Notes: generated from the letters alone by a model not told the origin. 32,000 nucleotides of DNA from Halorutilales archaeon Cl-col2-1 (GCA_041891055.1 CP169074.1:857620-889619), one strand, 5' to 3'; positions 23,380 through 32,000 are shown, counted from the first letter of the stretch. Program-made: numbers and translations.

Positions 23380-24042
23380 CTACCTGTTCTGTGTCTCCTT
23401 GAGGTACTCCTCTAGGAGTCCGGGGAACTCACGTCCTCTCATGTAACGCAGACCGAAGTCGCTCGCCCATCTTATTATACCCTCGTCCTCTGTCACGACT
23501 CCGGCGTCGAGTTCACGTGCGAGTATGAGGAGGTCGAAGTCCTCGCGTGAGTCGAGGACTCCCTGGCGGAGCGTGTCGCGGTACTTGTCTCTGAGGTCTG
23601 AGACAACCTTGTCGACCTCGGTCATGTAGTCGTGTTCGTCGACAGTCTCCGCCTTCGACTTCTCTGCTTTCCTGACAGCCTCCTCCGAGACACGGAGACC
23701 ACGGTTGACGCGGTCGCTCATCTCGTCTATGAAGCCATAGACTATCTCGGCGGGAATCATGACCTCGAACCTCGCGGGGTTCTTCTTTATTATCCAAGTG
23801 TTGAGTCGTGAGTAAGTTTCGTCTGAGATATCCCTGTCACGTAACATACCGTCGAGTTCATCGTAGATCGAGGGCGGGAAGTAACACGATATGTTGAGCT
23901 TGAGCTTCGCATCTGCTATGAGGTCAAGAAGACGCGTGAGTGCGTCCTCTAAGCTTTCGCCCTCCCTGCGTATCTCGTCGGTCATGAAAGCCGACGTATC
24001 GACGACGAACCTCTGTTTGAGAGGATGTTCGGGTCTCGACAT
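23380..24042 (-). CDS. PIN-like protein of the UPF0278/HARP family (homolog of Aquifex protein-only, RNA-free RNase P)
   Basis: [14 protein letters not shown] at the N-terminus and [52 protein letters not shown] closely follow my recollection of the Aq_880/HARP consensus (...[37 protein letters not shown]..WA...G). The size of about 220 aa fits. Confidence 0.75.
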   Translation of the reverse strand: MSRPEHPLKQRFVVDTSAFMTDEIRREGESLEDALTRLLDLIADAKLKLNISCYFPPSIYDELDGMLRDRDISDETYSRLNTWIIKKNPARFEVMIPAEIVYGFIDEMSDRVNRGLRVSEEAVRKAEKSKAETVDEHDYMTEVDKVVSDLRDKYRDTLRQGVLDSREDFDLLILARELDAGVVTEDEGIIRWASDFGLRYMRGREFPGLLEEYLKETQNR

Positions 24043-24107
24043 ACCGAATGAATAGACGTTACGAGAGACAGATCAAGCTTAGGTTTCAGCGTTTGGGTGG
24101 CTGAGAC

Positions 24108-25589
24108 TCAGACGAGGGAATCGCCTGTCATATCGTCGGGTGCCTCAATCCCGAGTAACTCTAGGAGGCTCGGAGCGATGTCGCGAAGCTCTCCGTGTCT
24201 CCCGACCTCGCCTTCTCCGTCTATATGTATGAAGGGCGCGGGGTTGAAGGTATGTGCGGTATGTGGGTCGTCATGATTCCCCATCTCGTCGGCGTTTCCG
24301 TGGTCGGCTGTCACGATAACCTCGGCTCCGTCCTCGACGAGAGCGTTGACGAGCTCTCCCGCACACGAGTCGACGAACTCACACGCCTCGACGGCGGCTT
24401 CGTAGTCTCCCGTGTGTCCTACCATATCGGGGTTAGCGTAGTTGAGTATGAGGAGGTCGTACTCTCCGACGGCTTCGAGTGCCTCGTCGGTGACCTCACG
24501 CGCGCTCATACGGGGTGTCTCGTCGTAGGTCTCGACGTCAGGGCTCGGAACTATGACACGCTCCTCACCCTCGAAGGGCTCCTCTCTGCCTCCGTTGAGG
24601 AAGTAGGTCACGTGGGCGTACTTCTCGGTCTCAGCTATCCGCATCTGTGTCATTCCCTCGTCCGAGACGACTTCGCCTAAGACGTTCTTGGGCTCGACGG
24701 GGTCGAAAGCTACGTCTAAGCCGTACTCGGAGTCGTACTCGGTCATCGTAGTAAAGTCGAGGTCGAGAGATGGATACTCCCGGGTGTCCCAAGAGTCGGA
24801 GTCTATGCCGTTCAGCATACGCGTAAGCTGGCGCGCCCTGTCGGCACGGAAGTTGAAGAAGACGACTGAGTCGCCGTCTTCGAGAGCGGGAGCGTCTTCG
24901 ACGACTGTCGGCTCGACGAACTCGTCTGTCTCTCCCCTGTCGTAGGCTTCCTCGACCGCCTCGCTGGCTGTCTCGGCGTCTCTGCCCTCGCGCTCAACTA
25001 TCGCGTCGTAAGCCATGCCCGTGCGTTCCCATCTCTCGTCCCTGTCCATCGCGTAGTAACGTCCCGAGACCGTCGCAACCGTCGCATCTGTCTCGTCCGC
25101 CTTCTCCTCTAACTCCTCGATATAACCGAGAGCACTCTTCGGAGGAGTGTCACGTCCGTCGAGGAAAGCGTGTACGACCGCCTCGCGTCGGTGGTCTTGT
25201 GCCATCTCTAAGAGGGAGTGGAGATGTCTCTGTGCCGAATGTACACCGCCGTCGCTCACGAGTCCCATGAGATGGAGACGGTCTCCCGACTCGACCGCAT
25301 CGACGAGTGCTTCGTTCTCGAAGAAGGAGCCGTCGTCTATAGACTCGTCTATCCGTTTTATGGGCTGTCTGACTATCCTCCCCGCGCCTATGTTGAGATG
25401 TCCGACCTCGGAGTTTCCCATCTGACCCTCAGTGAGACCGACGGAGGGTCCGTGTGTCGTGAGAAGACCGAACCTGCCCTCGCGTCTCCATCTGTCGAAG
25501 TTGGGTGTCTCGGCGTTTGCGACCGCATTCCCCTGAGTCTCGTCACGTATTCCCCAGCCGTCGAGTATTATGAGCGCGGCGTGAGTCAT
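24108..25589 (-). CDS. gpmI: 2,3-bisphosphoglycerate-independent phosphoglycerate mutase (iPGM)
   Basis: LIILDGWGIRDETQGNAVANAETPNFD, GQMGNSEVGHLNIGAGRIV, LMGLVSDGGVHS and ADHGNADEM are hallmark iPGM motifs. It is full length at 493 aa. Confidence 0.92.
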   Translation of the reverse strand: MTHAALIILDGWGIRDETQGNAVANAETPNFDRWRREGRFGLLTTHGPSVGLTEGQMGNSEVGHLNIGAGRIVRQPIKRIDESIDDGSFFENEALVDAVESGDRLHLMGLVSDGGVHSAQRHLHSLLEMAQDHRREAVVHAFLDGRDTPPKSALGYIEELEEKADETDATVATVSGRYYAMDRDERWERTGMAYDAIVEREGRDAETASEAVEEAYDRGETDEFVEPTVVEDAPALEDGDSVVFFNFRADRARQLTRMLNGIDSDSWDTREYPSLDLDFTTMTEYDSEYGLDVAFDPVEPKNVLGEVVSDEGMTQMRIAETEKYAHVTYFLNGGREEPFEGEERVIVPSPDVETYDETPRMSAREVTDEALEAVGEYDLLILNYANPDMVGHTGDYEAAVEACEFVDSCAGELVNALVEDGAEVIVTADHGNADEMGNHDDPHTAHTFNPAPFIHIDGEGEVGRHGELRDIAPSLLELLGIEAPDDMTGDSLV

Positions 25590-25700
25590 TTCTGGTTCTT
25601 GTTGAGTATCGAGACGTAGAAGATATAACAGTTCTGTATCTGTATCTCGTGTGCTGCGGTATCTATGGTGTTTTTAGTCCTCGACGCGTATGTAGTTTAG

Positions 25701-27188
25701 GTGAAAGTATTGGTACTGGCACGTCGCAGCCGTCTCGTCTTGCTCATCTCCGTAGCCCTGTGTCTTGTCTCTGTGTCTGGACCCGCATCCGCCGAGATAG
25801 GCGAAGTAGACGGCTACTCCCATGACGACAGACTCGACATAAACACCTCCGACGGACTCTCCGACAACGAGGCGGAGGCTCTCGTCTCACGTAGCATGGC
25901 ACGTGTCGAGTACATACGCGGGGTTGAGTTTAACTCGGAGATTCCCGTGAGGAGTATATCACGGTCGGAGTACCACGACAGGATGTCGGAGAGGGAGAGA
26001 AGATCTAACAGTAACAGAAACAGTAGTCTCTCCGACTGGAACAACCAGGTCTGGGAAGCCCTCTTCATAGTCGGAGAGAACGACGACATCACCGACGAGA
26101 TACACGGCGTCATCAACTCGAACGTCATAGGCTACTACTCCCCCGAGAACGACACCGTCTTCCTCGTGAGCGGTGCCTCGAAGATAGACGAGTCGACACT
26201 CGTCCACGAACTCGTCCACGCCCTCCAGGATCAGAGAGGTAAGCTTGAGGAGTTCAGAAACACGTCACTTCTCACACAGGATCAGCAGCTCGCGTCGGAC
26301 GCAGTCGTGGAGGGCGAGGCGAACTACATCATGTACAGGTACGAGGAGAGATGCGGCGACGGATGGGACTGCCTCGAAGGCGGATCGTCGTCGACGTCGG
26401 GGTCAGGGTCAGACGTCAACCTCGGTGTACTGATGACTATGTACGAGCCCTACTCAGACGGTCCCGGATACGTAGCCTCGCTCGTCGAAGACCGAGATGG
26501 GTACAGATGGAGCCGTCTCGAAGAAAGGTACGACGACCCGCCCGAGACGACTGAGGAGGTCATACATCTCGGTGGCTCAGGCGACGTCCCCGAGATTGAG
26601 TTCAACGACACGTCGTCACGTAACTGGAGTCTCTACGAACACGGCTACGACACAGTCGGCGAGGCGTCTGTCTTCACGATGTTCTGGTACCAGAGCTACA
26701 GATACGGGATCGATGCCACCAACACATCGGACTTCAGACAGCCCTCACGTCGGTACGGTATCTACAGATACGTCAGCCGAGCCTCCGCTGGATGGGGCAA
26801 CGACAGAGTCTATCCCTACAAGACAGACGGCGGCGGGAACGGTTACGTCTGGAAGACTGTCTGGGACTCCAAGAGCGACGCCGACGAGTTCTACGACGCC
26901 TACACAGAGGTTCTCGAAGGACACGGAGCCGAGAGACACGGAGAGGCGTGGGTGATACCCGACGGCGAGTTCGCCGACGCTTTCCACGTCACGAAGGATG
27001 GAAAGACAGTAAAGATCGTCAACGCGCCCGACATCGAGAGTCTGAGCGGGATAGACCAGAGTATAGAGAGGTCAGAGCCAGTCAGAGGTGTCTCAGTGGG
27101 ATTTGGGACGCCCGAGAGGATAGCCGTCGGGGTCTTTGTCGTCTTCGTGGCTCTCTTATCGGCGGCAGCATACCTCGGACGTGACTGA
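25701..27188 (+). CDS. Secreted, C-terminally anchored putative zinc metalloprotease (HExxH ... EGxAxY, MA-clan-like)
   Basis: It has a GTG start and an N-terminal signal (LVLLISVALCLVSVSGPASA). The motif LVHELVHALQD (HExxH) is followed 30 residues later by VVEGEANYIMY, which is Peptidase_MA_2-like. The C-terminal tail is VGFGTPERIAVGVFVVFVALLSAAAYLGRD. Confidence 0.55.
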   Translation: MKVLVLARRSRLVLLISVALCLVSVSGPASAEIGEVDGYSHDDRLDINTSDGLSDNEAEALVSRSMARVEYIRGVEFNSEIPVRSISRSEYHDRMSERERRSNSNRNSSLSDWNNQVWEALFIVGENDDITDEIHGVINSNVIGYYSPENDTVFLVSGASKIDESTLVHELVHALQDQRGKLEEFRNTSLLTQDQQLASDAVVEGEANYIMYRYEERCGDGWDCLEGGSSSTSGSGSDVNLGVLMTMYEPYSDGPGYVASLVEDRDGYRWSRLEERYDDPPETTEEVIHLGGSGDVPEIEFNDTSSRNWSLYEHGYDTVGEASVFTMFWYQSYRYGIDATNTSDFRQPSRRYGIYRYVSRASAGWGNDRVYPYKTDGGGNGYVWKTVWDSKSDADEFYDAYTEVLEGHGAERHGEAWVIPDGEFADAFHVTKDGKTVKIVNAPDIESLSGIDQSIERSEPVRGVSVGFGTPERIAVGVFVVFVALLSAAAYLGRD

Positions 27189-27236
27189 TACACCGGGCGC
27201 GCCAGATTCAAATACTTTCGTCTGGGAGTAAGTCGC

Positions 27237-29723
27237 ATGTCCAGAGTCCTCTGGTTCGACGAGATAGGATCGGGTGACACGGCGTCAGTCGGAGGGAAAA
27301 GTGCTAACTTAGGTGTCCTCGCAAACGAGGTCGACGTCCCCGTTCTCCCGGGATTTGCGACCACCGCCGAAGCCTACGACGACTACATAAGACACAACGA
27401 CCTAGACGACGAGATACGTGAGACTCTCTCGGGGATCGACACCCACGACACAGCCGACCTCCGGAGACGTGGCAGTAAGATACGTTCACTCATACTCGGT
27501 GGCGAGATGCCGGACGACCTCCGCGACGAGATAGCCGAGTCTTACTCCGAGCTCAGCGACCGTCTCGGGGTCGAGAACCCCGGCGTAGCCGTGCGTTCAT
27601 CTGCGACCGCGGAGGATCTCCCGGGGGCTTCTTTCGCGGGACAGCAGGAGACCTTTCTCAACATCTCGGGGGAGGAAGAAGTAGTCGAGAGCGTCAAGGG
27701 ATGTTACGCCTCCCTCTTCACTGACAGGGCTATCTCGTACAGGGAGGACAAGGGATTCGACCATCTCGAAGTCAAGCTCTCAGCCGCTGTCCAGAAGATG
27801 GGGAACGCAGGTGAGGGGGTCTCGGGAGTGACCTTCACGATAGACCCCGACACGGGTTTCGAGAACGCCCTCGTCATAAACGCGAGCTACGGCTTCGGCG
27901 ACCTCGTCGTACAGGGGGAGATCAACCCCGACGAGTTCACAGTCTTCAAGCAGAACCTCGGTATTATAGAGAGAAGGCTCGGCGACAAGCAGGAGAAGCT
28001 CGTTAGACGCGAGGGAGAAAACGTCAGTGTCGAAGTGCCAGACGAAGACTCGGGGTCTTTCTGTGTCTCCGACGAACGGGTCAGAGAGGTAGCAGAGTAC
28101 GGAATGCGTGTCGGGGAGCATTACGGCAGACCCATGGACGTCGAATGGATACTCGACGGGGACACCGACGAGGTTTTCGTGATACAGGCGAGACCCGAGA
28201 CTGTCGAGTCGGAACGTGACCCGAACGTAGTAGAGAAGTACCGTCTCAGGGACGAGTCGGAGGTCTTGTCGAGAGGCAGCGCGGTAGGGTCGAGGATAGG
28301 TGCGGGAGTCGCACGCGTCTTAGAGTCGCCGGAAGAGATCGACGAGTTCGGTGAAGACGAGGTTCTGGTTACTTCGAGAACAGACCCCGACTGGGAGCCC
28401 ATAATGAAGAAAGCCGCGGCGATAGTCACAGACAAGGGCGGAAGGACGTCCCACGCCGCGATAGTCTCGCGCGAACTCGGTATTCCGGCTGTGATAGGAA
28501 CCGACGACGGTACTTCTGTGATAGAGACGGGCGACGAGGTCACAGTCGACGCCTCGGAGTCGGAGGGAAAGGTCTGGTCGGGGATTCTCGACTTCGAGGT
28601 CGAGACACACAGACTCGACGAGATTCCGGAGACAGATACTGAGGTTCTCGTCAACATAGGTGTGCCGTCTAAGGCGTTCGAGGTCGCACAGCTTCCCGTA
28701 GACGGAGTGGGTCTCGCACGTGAGGAGTTCATAATCTCGTCGGAGGTCGGCGTACATCCTCTCAAGCTGATGGAGGAGGGAAGAGAGGACGAGTACGTCG
28801 AGTCTCTCAGGTCGGGAGTCGGGAAGATAGGAGCGGCGTTCTACCCCGACGACGTCGTACTCCGTCTCAGCGACTTCAAGTCGGACGAGTACGCCGAGCT
28901 CAGAGGAGGAGACGAGTACGAGACCGAGGAGTCGAACCCGATGCTCGGATTCAGGGGGGCGGCGCGTTACTACGACGACGAGTTCTCGGCGGCGTTCGAA
29001 CTCGAATGTAGAGCCATAAGGAAGGCGATAGACAGCCTCGGACTCGACAACCTCAAGGTGATGGTGCCGTTCTGCCGAACCGTCGAGGAGGGCGAGAGGG
29101 TACGTGAGAAGATGAAGGAGTACGGTCTCGACGAGGGCGACATGGATATCTACGTCATGGCTGAGGTTCCGTCGAATGTCGTCGCCGCCGACGGCTTCGC
29201 GCAGAACTTCGACGGCTTCTCTGTCGGAACCAACGACCTGACACAGCTTACACTCGGTGTCGACAGGAACAGCGACAGGCTCTCGGAACTCTTCGACGAG
29301 AGGGACGTCGCTGTCAAGAGATCGGTGAGATCGCTCGTAGAGAAGGCGAAGATACTGGGTCTCCACACCGGAATCTGTGGCGACGCTCCGAGCACACACG
29401 AAGGATACGCTGAGTTTCTCGTCGAGACGGGTATAGACTCGGTCTCAGTCTCGTCGGACGTCGCCCTCGAAACTATACTACGTGTCGCGGAGGCGGAGGG
29501 AGAGATGGACGGAACGGTAGAGTCAGATATAGATATGGTCGGCTGTGTGAGGGAAGTCATCGAAGTCCTCGGAGAGGAAAAGGCCACGTCAGAAGAGCTG
29601 AGTCAGAAGACGGGGATGGATACAGAGGACGTCTCTCAGGCACTCGGCTGGCTCCTCAACGAGAACTGGGTCGAAGTCGAAAAAGGACACAGAAAGAAGG
29701 AATACAGCCTGTGTCTCTACTGA
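27237..29723 (+). CDS. ppsA: Phosphoenolpyruvate synthase (pyruvate, water dikinase) with a C-terminal extension of about 75 aa
   Basis: The N-terminal ATP-grasp start is VLWFDEIGSGDTASVGGKSANLG. The phosphohistidine swivel motif is GGRTSHAAIVSRELGIPAV. PEP-utilizer C-terminal motifs are SVGTNDLTQLTLGVDR and ICGDAPS. Confidence 0.92.
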   Translation: MSRVLWFDEIGSGDTASVGGKSANLGVLANEVDVPVLPGFATTAEAYDDYIRHNDLDDEIRETLSGIDTHDTADLRRRGSKIRSLILGGEMPDDLRDEIAESYSELSDRLGVENPGVAVRSSATAEDLPGASFAGQQETFLNISGEEEVVESVKGCYASLFTDRAISYREDKGFDHLEVKLSAAVQKMGNAGEGVSGVTFTIDPDTGFENALVINASYGFGDLVVQGEINPDEFTVFKQNLGIIERRLGDKQEKLVRREGENVSVEVPDEDSGSFCVSDERVREVAEYGMRVGEHYGRPMDVEWILDGDTDEVFVIQARPETVESERDPNVVEKYRLRDESEVLSRGSAVGSRIGAGVARVLESPEEIDEFGEDEVLVTSRTDPDWEPIMKKAAAIVTDKGGRTSHAAIVSRELGIPAVIGTDDGTSVIETGDEVTVDASESEGKVWSGILDFEVETHRLDEIPETDTEVLVNIGVPSKAFEVAQLPVDGVGLAREEFIISSEVGVHPLKLMEEGREDEYVESLRSGVGKIGAAFYPDDVVLRLSDFKSDEYAELRGGDEYETEESNPMLGFRGAARYYDDEFSAAFELECRAIRKAIDSLGLDNLKVMVPFCRTVEEGERVREKMKEYGLDEGDMDIYVMAEVPSNVVAADGFAQNFDGFSVGTNDLTQLTLGVDRNSDRLSELFDERDVAVKRSVRSLVEKAKILGLHTGICGDAPSTHEGYAEFLVETGIDSVSVSSDVALETILRVAEAEGEMDGTVESDIDMVGCVREVIEVLGEEKATSEELSQKTGMDTEDVSQALGWLLNENWVEVEKGHRKKEYSLCLY

Positions 29724-30115
29724 TCCCTGTCCGTGTCGAGGCTCAACTCGGGCTCCCTCAGGATTAGCTCGGTGCCGTCTCTCTCGGAGCTACGGGCTCT
29801 GCGTTTAGCTTCGCGGTTTATCCGCCGGAGGTAGTCGACGTCGATACCTCTGTAAGTCGACGGTATCTCTTCGAGGTATATCAGGGCACTCGTCGAGAGG
29901 CTCCTGACTCCCTCGGGATTGCCTCTCGTGAGATGGACATAGACCGCCGCAGTCTGTATCAGACCCTGGAGGAAGTTCTTGTTGTCACCCACGACTCCGT
30001 GCCACTCGTCCTCCCAGACCTCGTGAGCCTCGAAGTACTCGCCTTCGTTGAAGAGACGGACACCCTCGGCTAGGTCGTCGGTAATACGATCGTGGTCGTG
30101 GAATTTGTCTGACAT
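29717..30115 (-). CDS. DUF309 domain protein
   Basis: GVRLFNEGEYFEAHEVWEDEWH...FLQGLIQTAAVYVHLTRGN matches the characteristic DUF309 signature. Confidence 0.75.
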   Translation of the reverse strand: MSDKFHDHDRITDDLAEGVRLFNEGEYFEAHEVWEDEWHGVVGDNKNFLQGLIQTAAVYVHLTRGNPEGVRSLSTSALIYLEEIPSTYRGIDVDYLRRINREAKRRARSSERDGTELILREPELSLDTDRDQ

Positions 30116-30116
30116 A

Positions 30117-30347
30117 TCAGTGCCTGTAAAGCTGTATTCTCTCGTCGCCTCTTACGACACAGAAGCTGAAAGGCTTGTCGGGGCTGAACGAGTTACACGT
30201 CTCCCCCGACTCCATCACGACCTCGAACTCACGTCCACACGCCGGACAGTCGAGTCCCTTCATGTTCCTGAAAGACCTCTTCGTGCCGGCGTCCTTCACG
30301 AGCTTGAGCTTACGTCTCTCGGAGTCGAGGTCGATAGGCGAGCACAT
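30117..30347 (-). CDS. Small zinc-finger (CPxCG-type) protein
   Basis: This 76-aa ORF has LDCPACGREF plus further downstream Cys residues. It is tightly packed between icd (14-nt gap) and the DUF309 gene (1-nt gap). Confidence 0.5.
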   Translation of the reverse strand: MCSPIDLDSERRKLKLVKDAGTKRSFRNMKGLDCPACGREFEVVMESGETCNSFSPDKPFSFCVVRGDERIQLYRH

Positions 30348-30361
30348 CTCTCGAATCTGAG

Positions 30362-31606
30362 CTAAGACCTTATCTTCTCGGCGACGAGTTCAGCGAACTC
30401 ACTAGTCGAGACCTTCTCTCCGCCGTCTATCTGTCTGTGGATGTCGTAGGTAACTGTTCCGTCCTGTATCGTCTCCTCGACTGCGTCCCTGACGAGATCG
30501 GCGGCGTCGTCCCAGCCGAACTCCTCGAGCATTATACGTCCCGTGAGTATCATCGCGGTCGGGTTGACCTTGTCCTCTCCGGCGTACTTCGGCGCGCTTC
30601 CGTGGACGGGCTCGAAGACCCCTAAGACGTCGCCTATGTTACTACCGGGTGCGACACCGAGACCTCCGACCTGTCCCGCGGCGGCGTCCGAGAGGTAGTC
30701 GCCGTTGAGGTTGGGAAGAGCGAGTATGTCGTACTCGTCTGTACGTGTCAGGATCTGCTGGAGCATGTTGTCGGCTATCCTGTCCTTTATGACGACCTTG
30801 TCGTCGGGCTTCTCGCCGTCGTACTCGTCCCAGAGCTCGTCTTCTGTGATGACCTTCTCGGGGAACTCGTCCTCGGCGAGTTCGTAGCCCCAGTCACGGA
30901 AGGCACCCTCGGTGAACTTCATTATATTGCCCTTGTGGACAAGTGTGACCGAGTCGCGGTCTCTGTCTATCGCGTACTCTATCGACTTCCTCACGAGCCT
31001 CTTAGTCTTGTGTTCGCTTATGGGCTTGACACCGATTCCGGCGTCGTCGGGTATGTCACAGTCCATCTCGTCGTTGAGGAACTCCCTGACGTCGTCGACA
31101 TCGTCGGTTCCCTCCTCCCACTCGATTCCGGCATAGACGTCCTCGGTAGCCTCCCTGAAGACGACCATGTCCATCTCCTCGGGCGACTTGACGGGCGAGG
31201 GGACTCCGTCGAGGTAGTAGACTGGACGTATGTTGGCGTAGAGGTCGAGACCCTTACGTATCGCGACGTTGAGTGAGCGGAATCCCGCGCCGACGGGTGT
31301 CGTGAGGGGTCCTTTGAGGGCGACCTTGAAATGGCGTATCGCGTCGAAGGTCTCGTCGGGGAGGAGCTCTCCGTACTCGTCCTCGGCGCGCTCCCCGGCG
31401 TAGATCTCGGTCCAGTGTATCTCGCGTCCCGTCTCCTCGGCGGCGGCGTCGAGAACCTTCCTCGCAGCGGGCGAGACGTCCTGTCCTATGCCGTCTCCCG
31501 TGATGTAGGGAACTATCGGGCTGTCGGGGACTACGAGGTCTTCGTCCTCGACCTGTATGACCTCTCCGTCTTCTGGTACTTCTACGTTGTCGAAATCGGC
31601 TGCCAT
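30362..31606 (-). CDS. icd: NADP-dependent isocitrate dehydrogenase
   Basis: PYITGDGIGQDV, GPLTTPVGAGFRSLNVAIRKGLDLYANIRPV, ATEDVYAGIEW, NLNGDYLSDAAAGQVGGLGVAPGSNIG and HGSAPKYAG are canonical prokaryotic ICDH motifs. Confidence 0.92.
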   Translation of the reverse strand: MAADFDNVEVPEDGEVIQVEDEDLVVPDSPIVPYITGDGIGQDVSPAARKVLDAAAEETGREIHWTEIYAGERAEDEYGELLPDETFDAIRHFKVALKGPLTTPVGAGFRSLNVAIRKGLDLYANIRPVYYLDGVPSPVKSPEEMDMVVFREATEDVYAGIEWEEGTDDVDDVREFLNDEMDCDIPDDAGIGVKPISEHKTKRLVRKSIEYAIDRDRDSVTLVHKGNIMKFTEGAFRDWGYELAEDEFPEKVITEDELWDEYDGEKPDDKVVIKDRIADNMLQQILTRTDEYDILALPNLNGDYLSDAAAGQVGGLGVAPGSNIGDVLGVFEPVHGSAPKYAGEDKVNPTAMILTGRIMLEEFGWDDAADLVRDAVEETIQDGTVTYDIHRQIDGGEKVSTSEFAELVAEKIRS

Positions 31607-31627
31607 ACTACAGACTGAGTCGCGCGT

Positions 31628-32000
31628 CTAATGGTTCTTGCGCTCTCGGGCTTCGCGTCCGAGTGAGACAAGGGTCTCGAAGGTCGAGTACGTGAAGGTA
31701 ATATGTGTCAGTTCGTCGTCGTCGGGTAGGGAGCCGAAGACATCTACGGCGTCGACCTCGTCGTCGGTCTCACGCACCTCGTCGCCTATCTCCCCGACGA
31801 AGGCTCTTCCCTCGATGACGTGGTCTTCTCCCTCGACGTCGTAGGTCTCTTCTATGACGGCGAAGGGATCGGGGTCGACGAGTTCATAACCCGTCTCCTC
31901 CTCGAACTCCCTCGCCGCCGCGTCGGCGTAGGTCTCTCCGTCCTCAACCTTTCCGCCGGGTATCTCCCATCCCCTGTCGTCGTCGGAGTTCCTGACGAGA
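31628..32000 (-). CDS. NUDIX hydrolase, C-terminal part (5' end outside the window)
   Basis: The ORF track lacks this gene because it has no start in the window. The reverse-strand translation reads ...[33 protein letters not shown]...ERKNH*, which contains a complete Nudix box GX5EX7REUXEEXGU. The stop is the complement of cta at 31628-31630. Confidence 0.75.
   Translation of the reverse strand, partial: LVRNSDDDRGWEIPGGKVEDGETYADAAAREFEEETGYELVDPDPFAVIEETYDVEGEDHVIEGRAFVGEIGDEVRETDDEVDAVDVFGSLPDDDELTHITFTYSTFETLVSLGREARERKNH

Noticed and set aside
24043-24107. A small hairpin (TCAGC-n9-GCTGA) between the gpmI stop and the HARP start, considered as a possible terminator or attenuator
   Set aside because: The stem is only 5 bp with no adjacent T-tract, so it is indistinguishable from chance.
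28320-29399. A 359-aa ORF, and a 214-aa ORF at 28121-28765, on the - strand inside ppsA
   Set aside because: Both are antisense to an unambiguous full-length PEP synthase. Their Arg/Leu/Val-rich composition is unlike the acidic proteome, so they are codon-bias artefacts.
31638-31844. A 68-aa + strand ORF near the window end
   Set aside because: The opposite strand encodes a NUDIX hydrolase with a complete Nudix box. The + ORF is Ser-rich antisense noise.
1-32000. A search for tRNA, rRNA, riboswitch, IS element, integrase or toxin-antitoxin signatures
   Set aside because: Intergenic regions are mostly under 110 bp, and none shows cloverleaf-like or long structured-RNA potential by eye. No transposase or integrase motifs appear in any frame. 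The thiDN upstream region (54 bp) is too short for a TPP riboswitch.

Overview
The window is a densely packed, chromosome-like stretch from an archaeon. I call 38 protein-coding genes, two of them cut by the window edges. I found no rRNA, tRNA, CRISPR array, transposase, integrase or obvious prophage content.

The archaeal, extreme-halophile origin is inferred from three observations:
- The proteins are uniformly very acidic (D/E-rich), as in salt-in halophiles.
- Several secreted proteins carry a twin-arginine signal plus a lipobox (RRxFLK...AGC), typical of haloarchaeal Tat lipoproteins.
- Archaeal-type ThiDN, RNase Z and a protein-only RNase P homolog (HARP) are present.

The frequent ATA (Ile) and AGA/AGG (Arg) codons and the overlapping 3' ends of convergent genes are atypical of classical high-GC Halobacteria. 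They hint at a streamlined, less studied lineage.

Recognisable housekeeping genes:
- cobQ
- CinA-C/PncC-like amidase
- a PhoU/TrkA-C regulator with a split MgtE-like permease pair
- rnz
- thiDN
- tyrA
- gpmI
- ppsA
- icd
- a NUDIX hydrolase

The most interesting region is about 6.9-15.4 kb, a sulfur/thiol-handling island. It contains two TusA/YeeE-type pairs, a membrane-anchored TlpA-like thioredoxin, a CcdA/DsbD-type electron conduit, three lipoproteins (one a PQQ-like beta-propeller) and two small 3-TM proteins.

Within the island, the second YeeE/TusA pair has jointly lost the cysteines considered catalytic in that family. I propose this as the best candidate for an undescribed system.

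Other notable items:
- a Tat-lipoprotein HiPIP
- a TyrA with an FDX-ACB-like C-terminal domain
- a PpsA with a winged-helix-like tail
- an AstE/AspA-family deacylase with a His-to-Asp change at a zinc ligand, coupled to an ASCH-domain gene

All family assignments come from motif recognition by eye; no database search was run.
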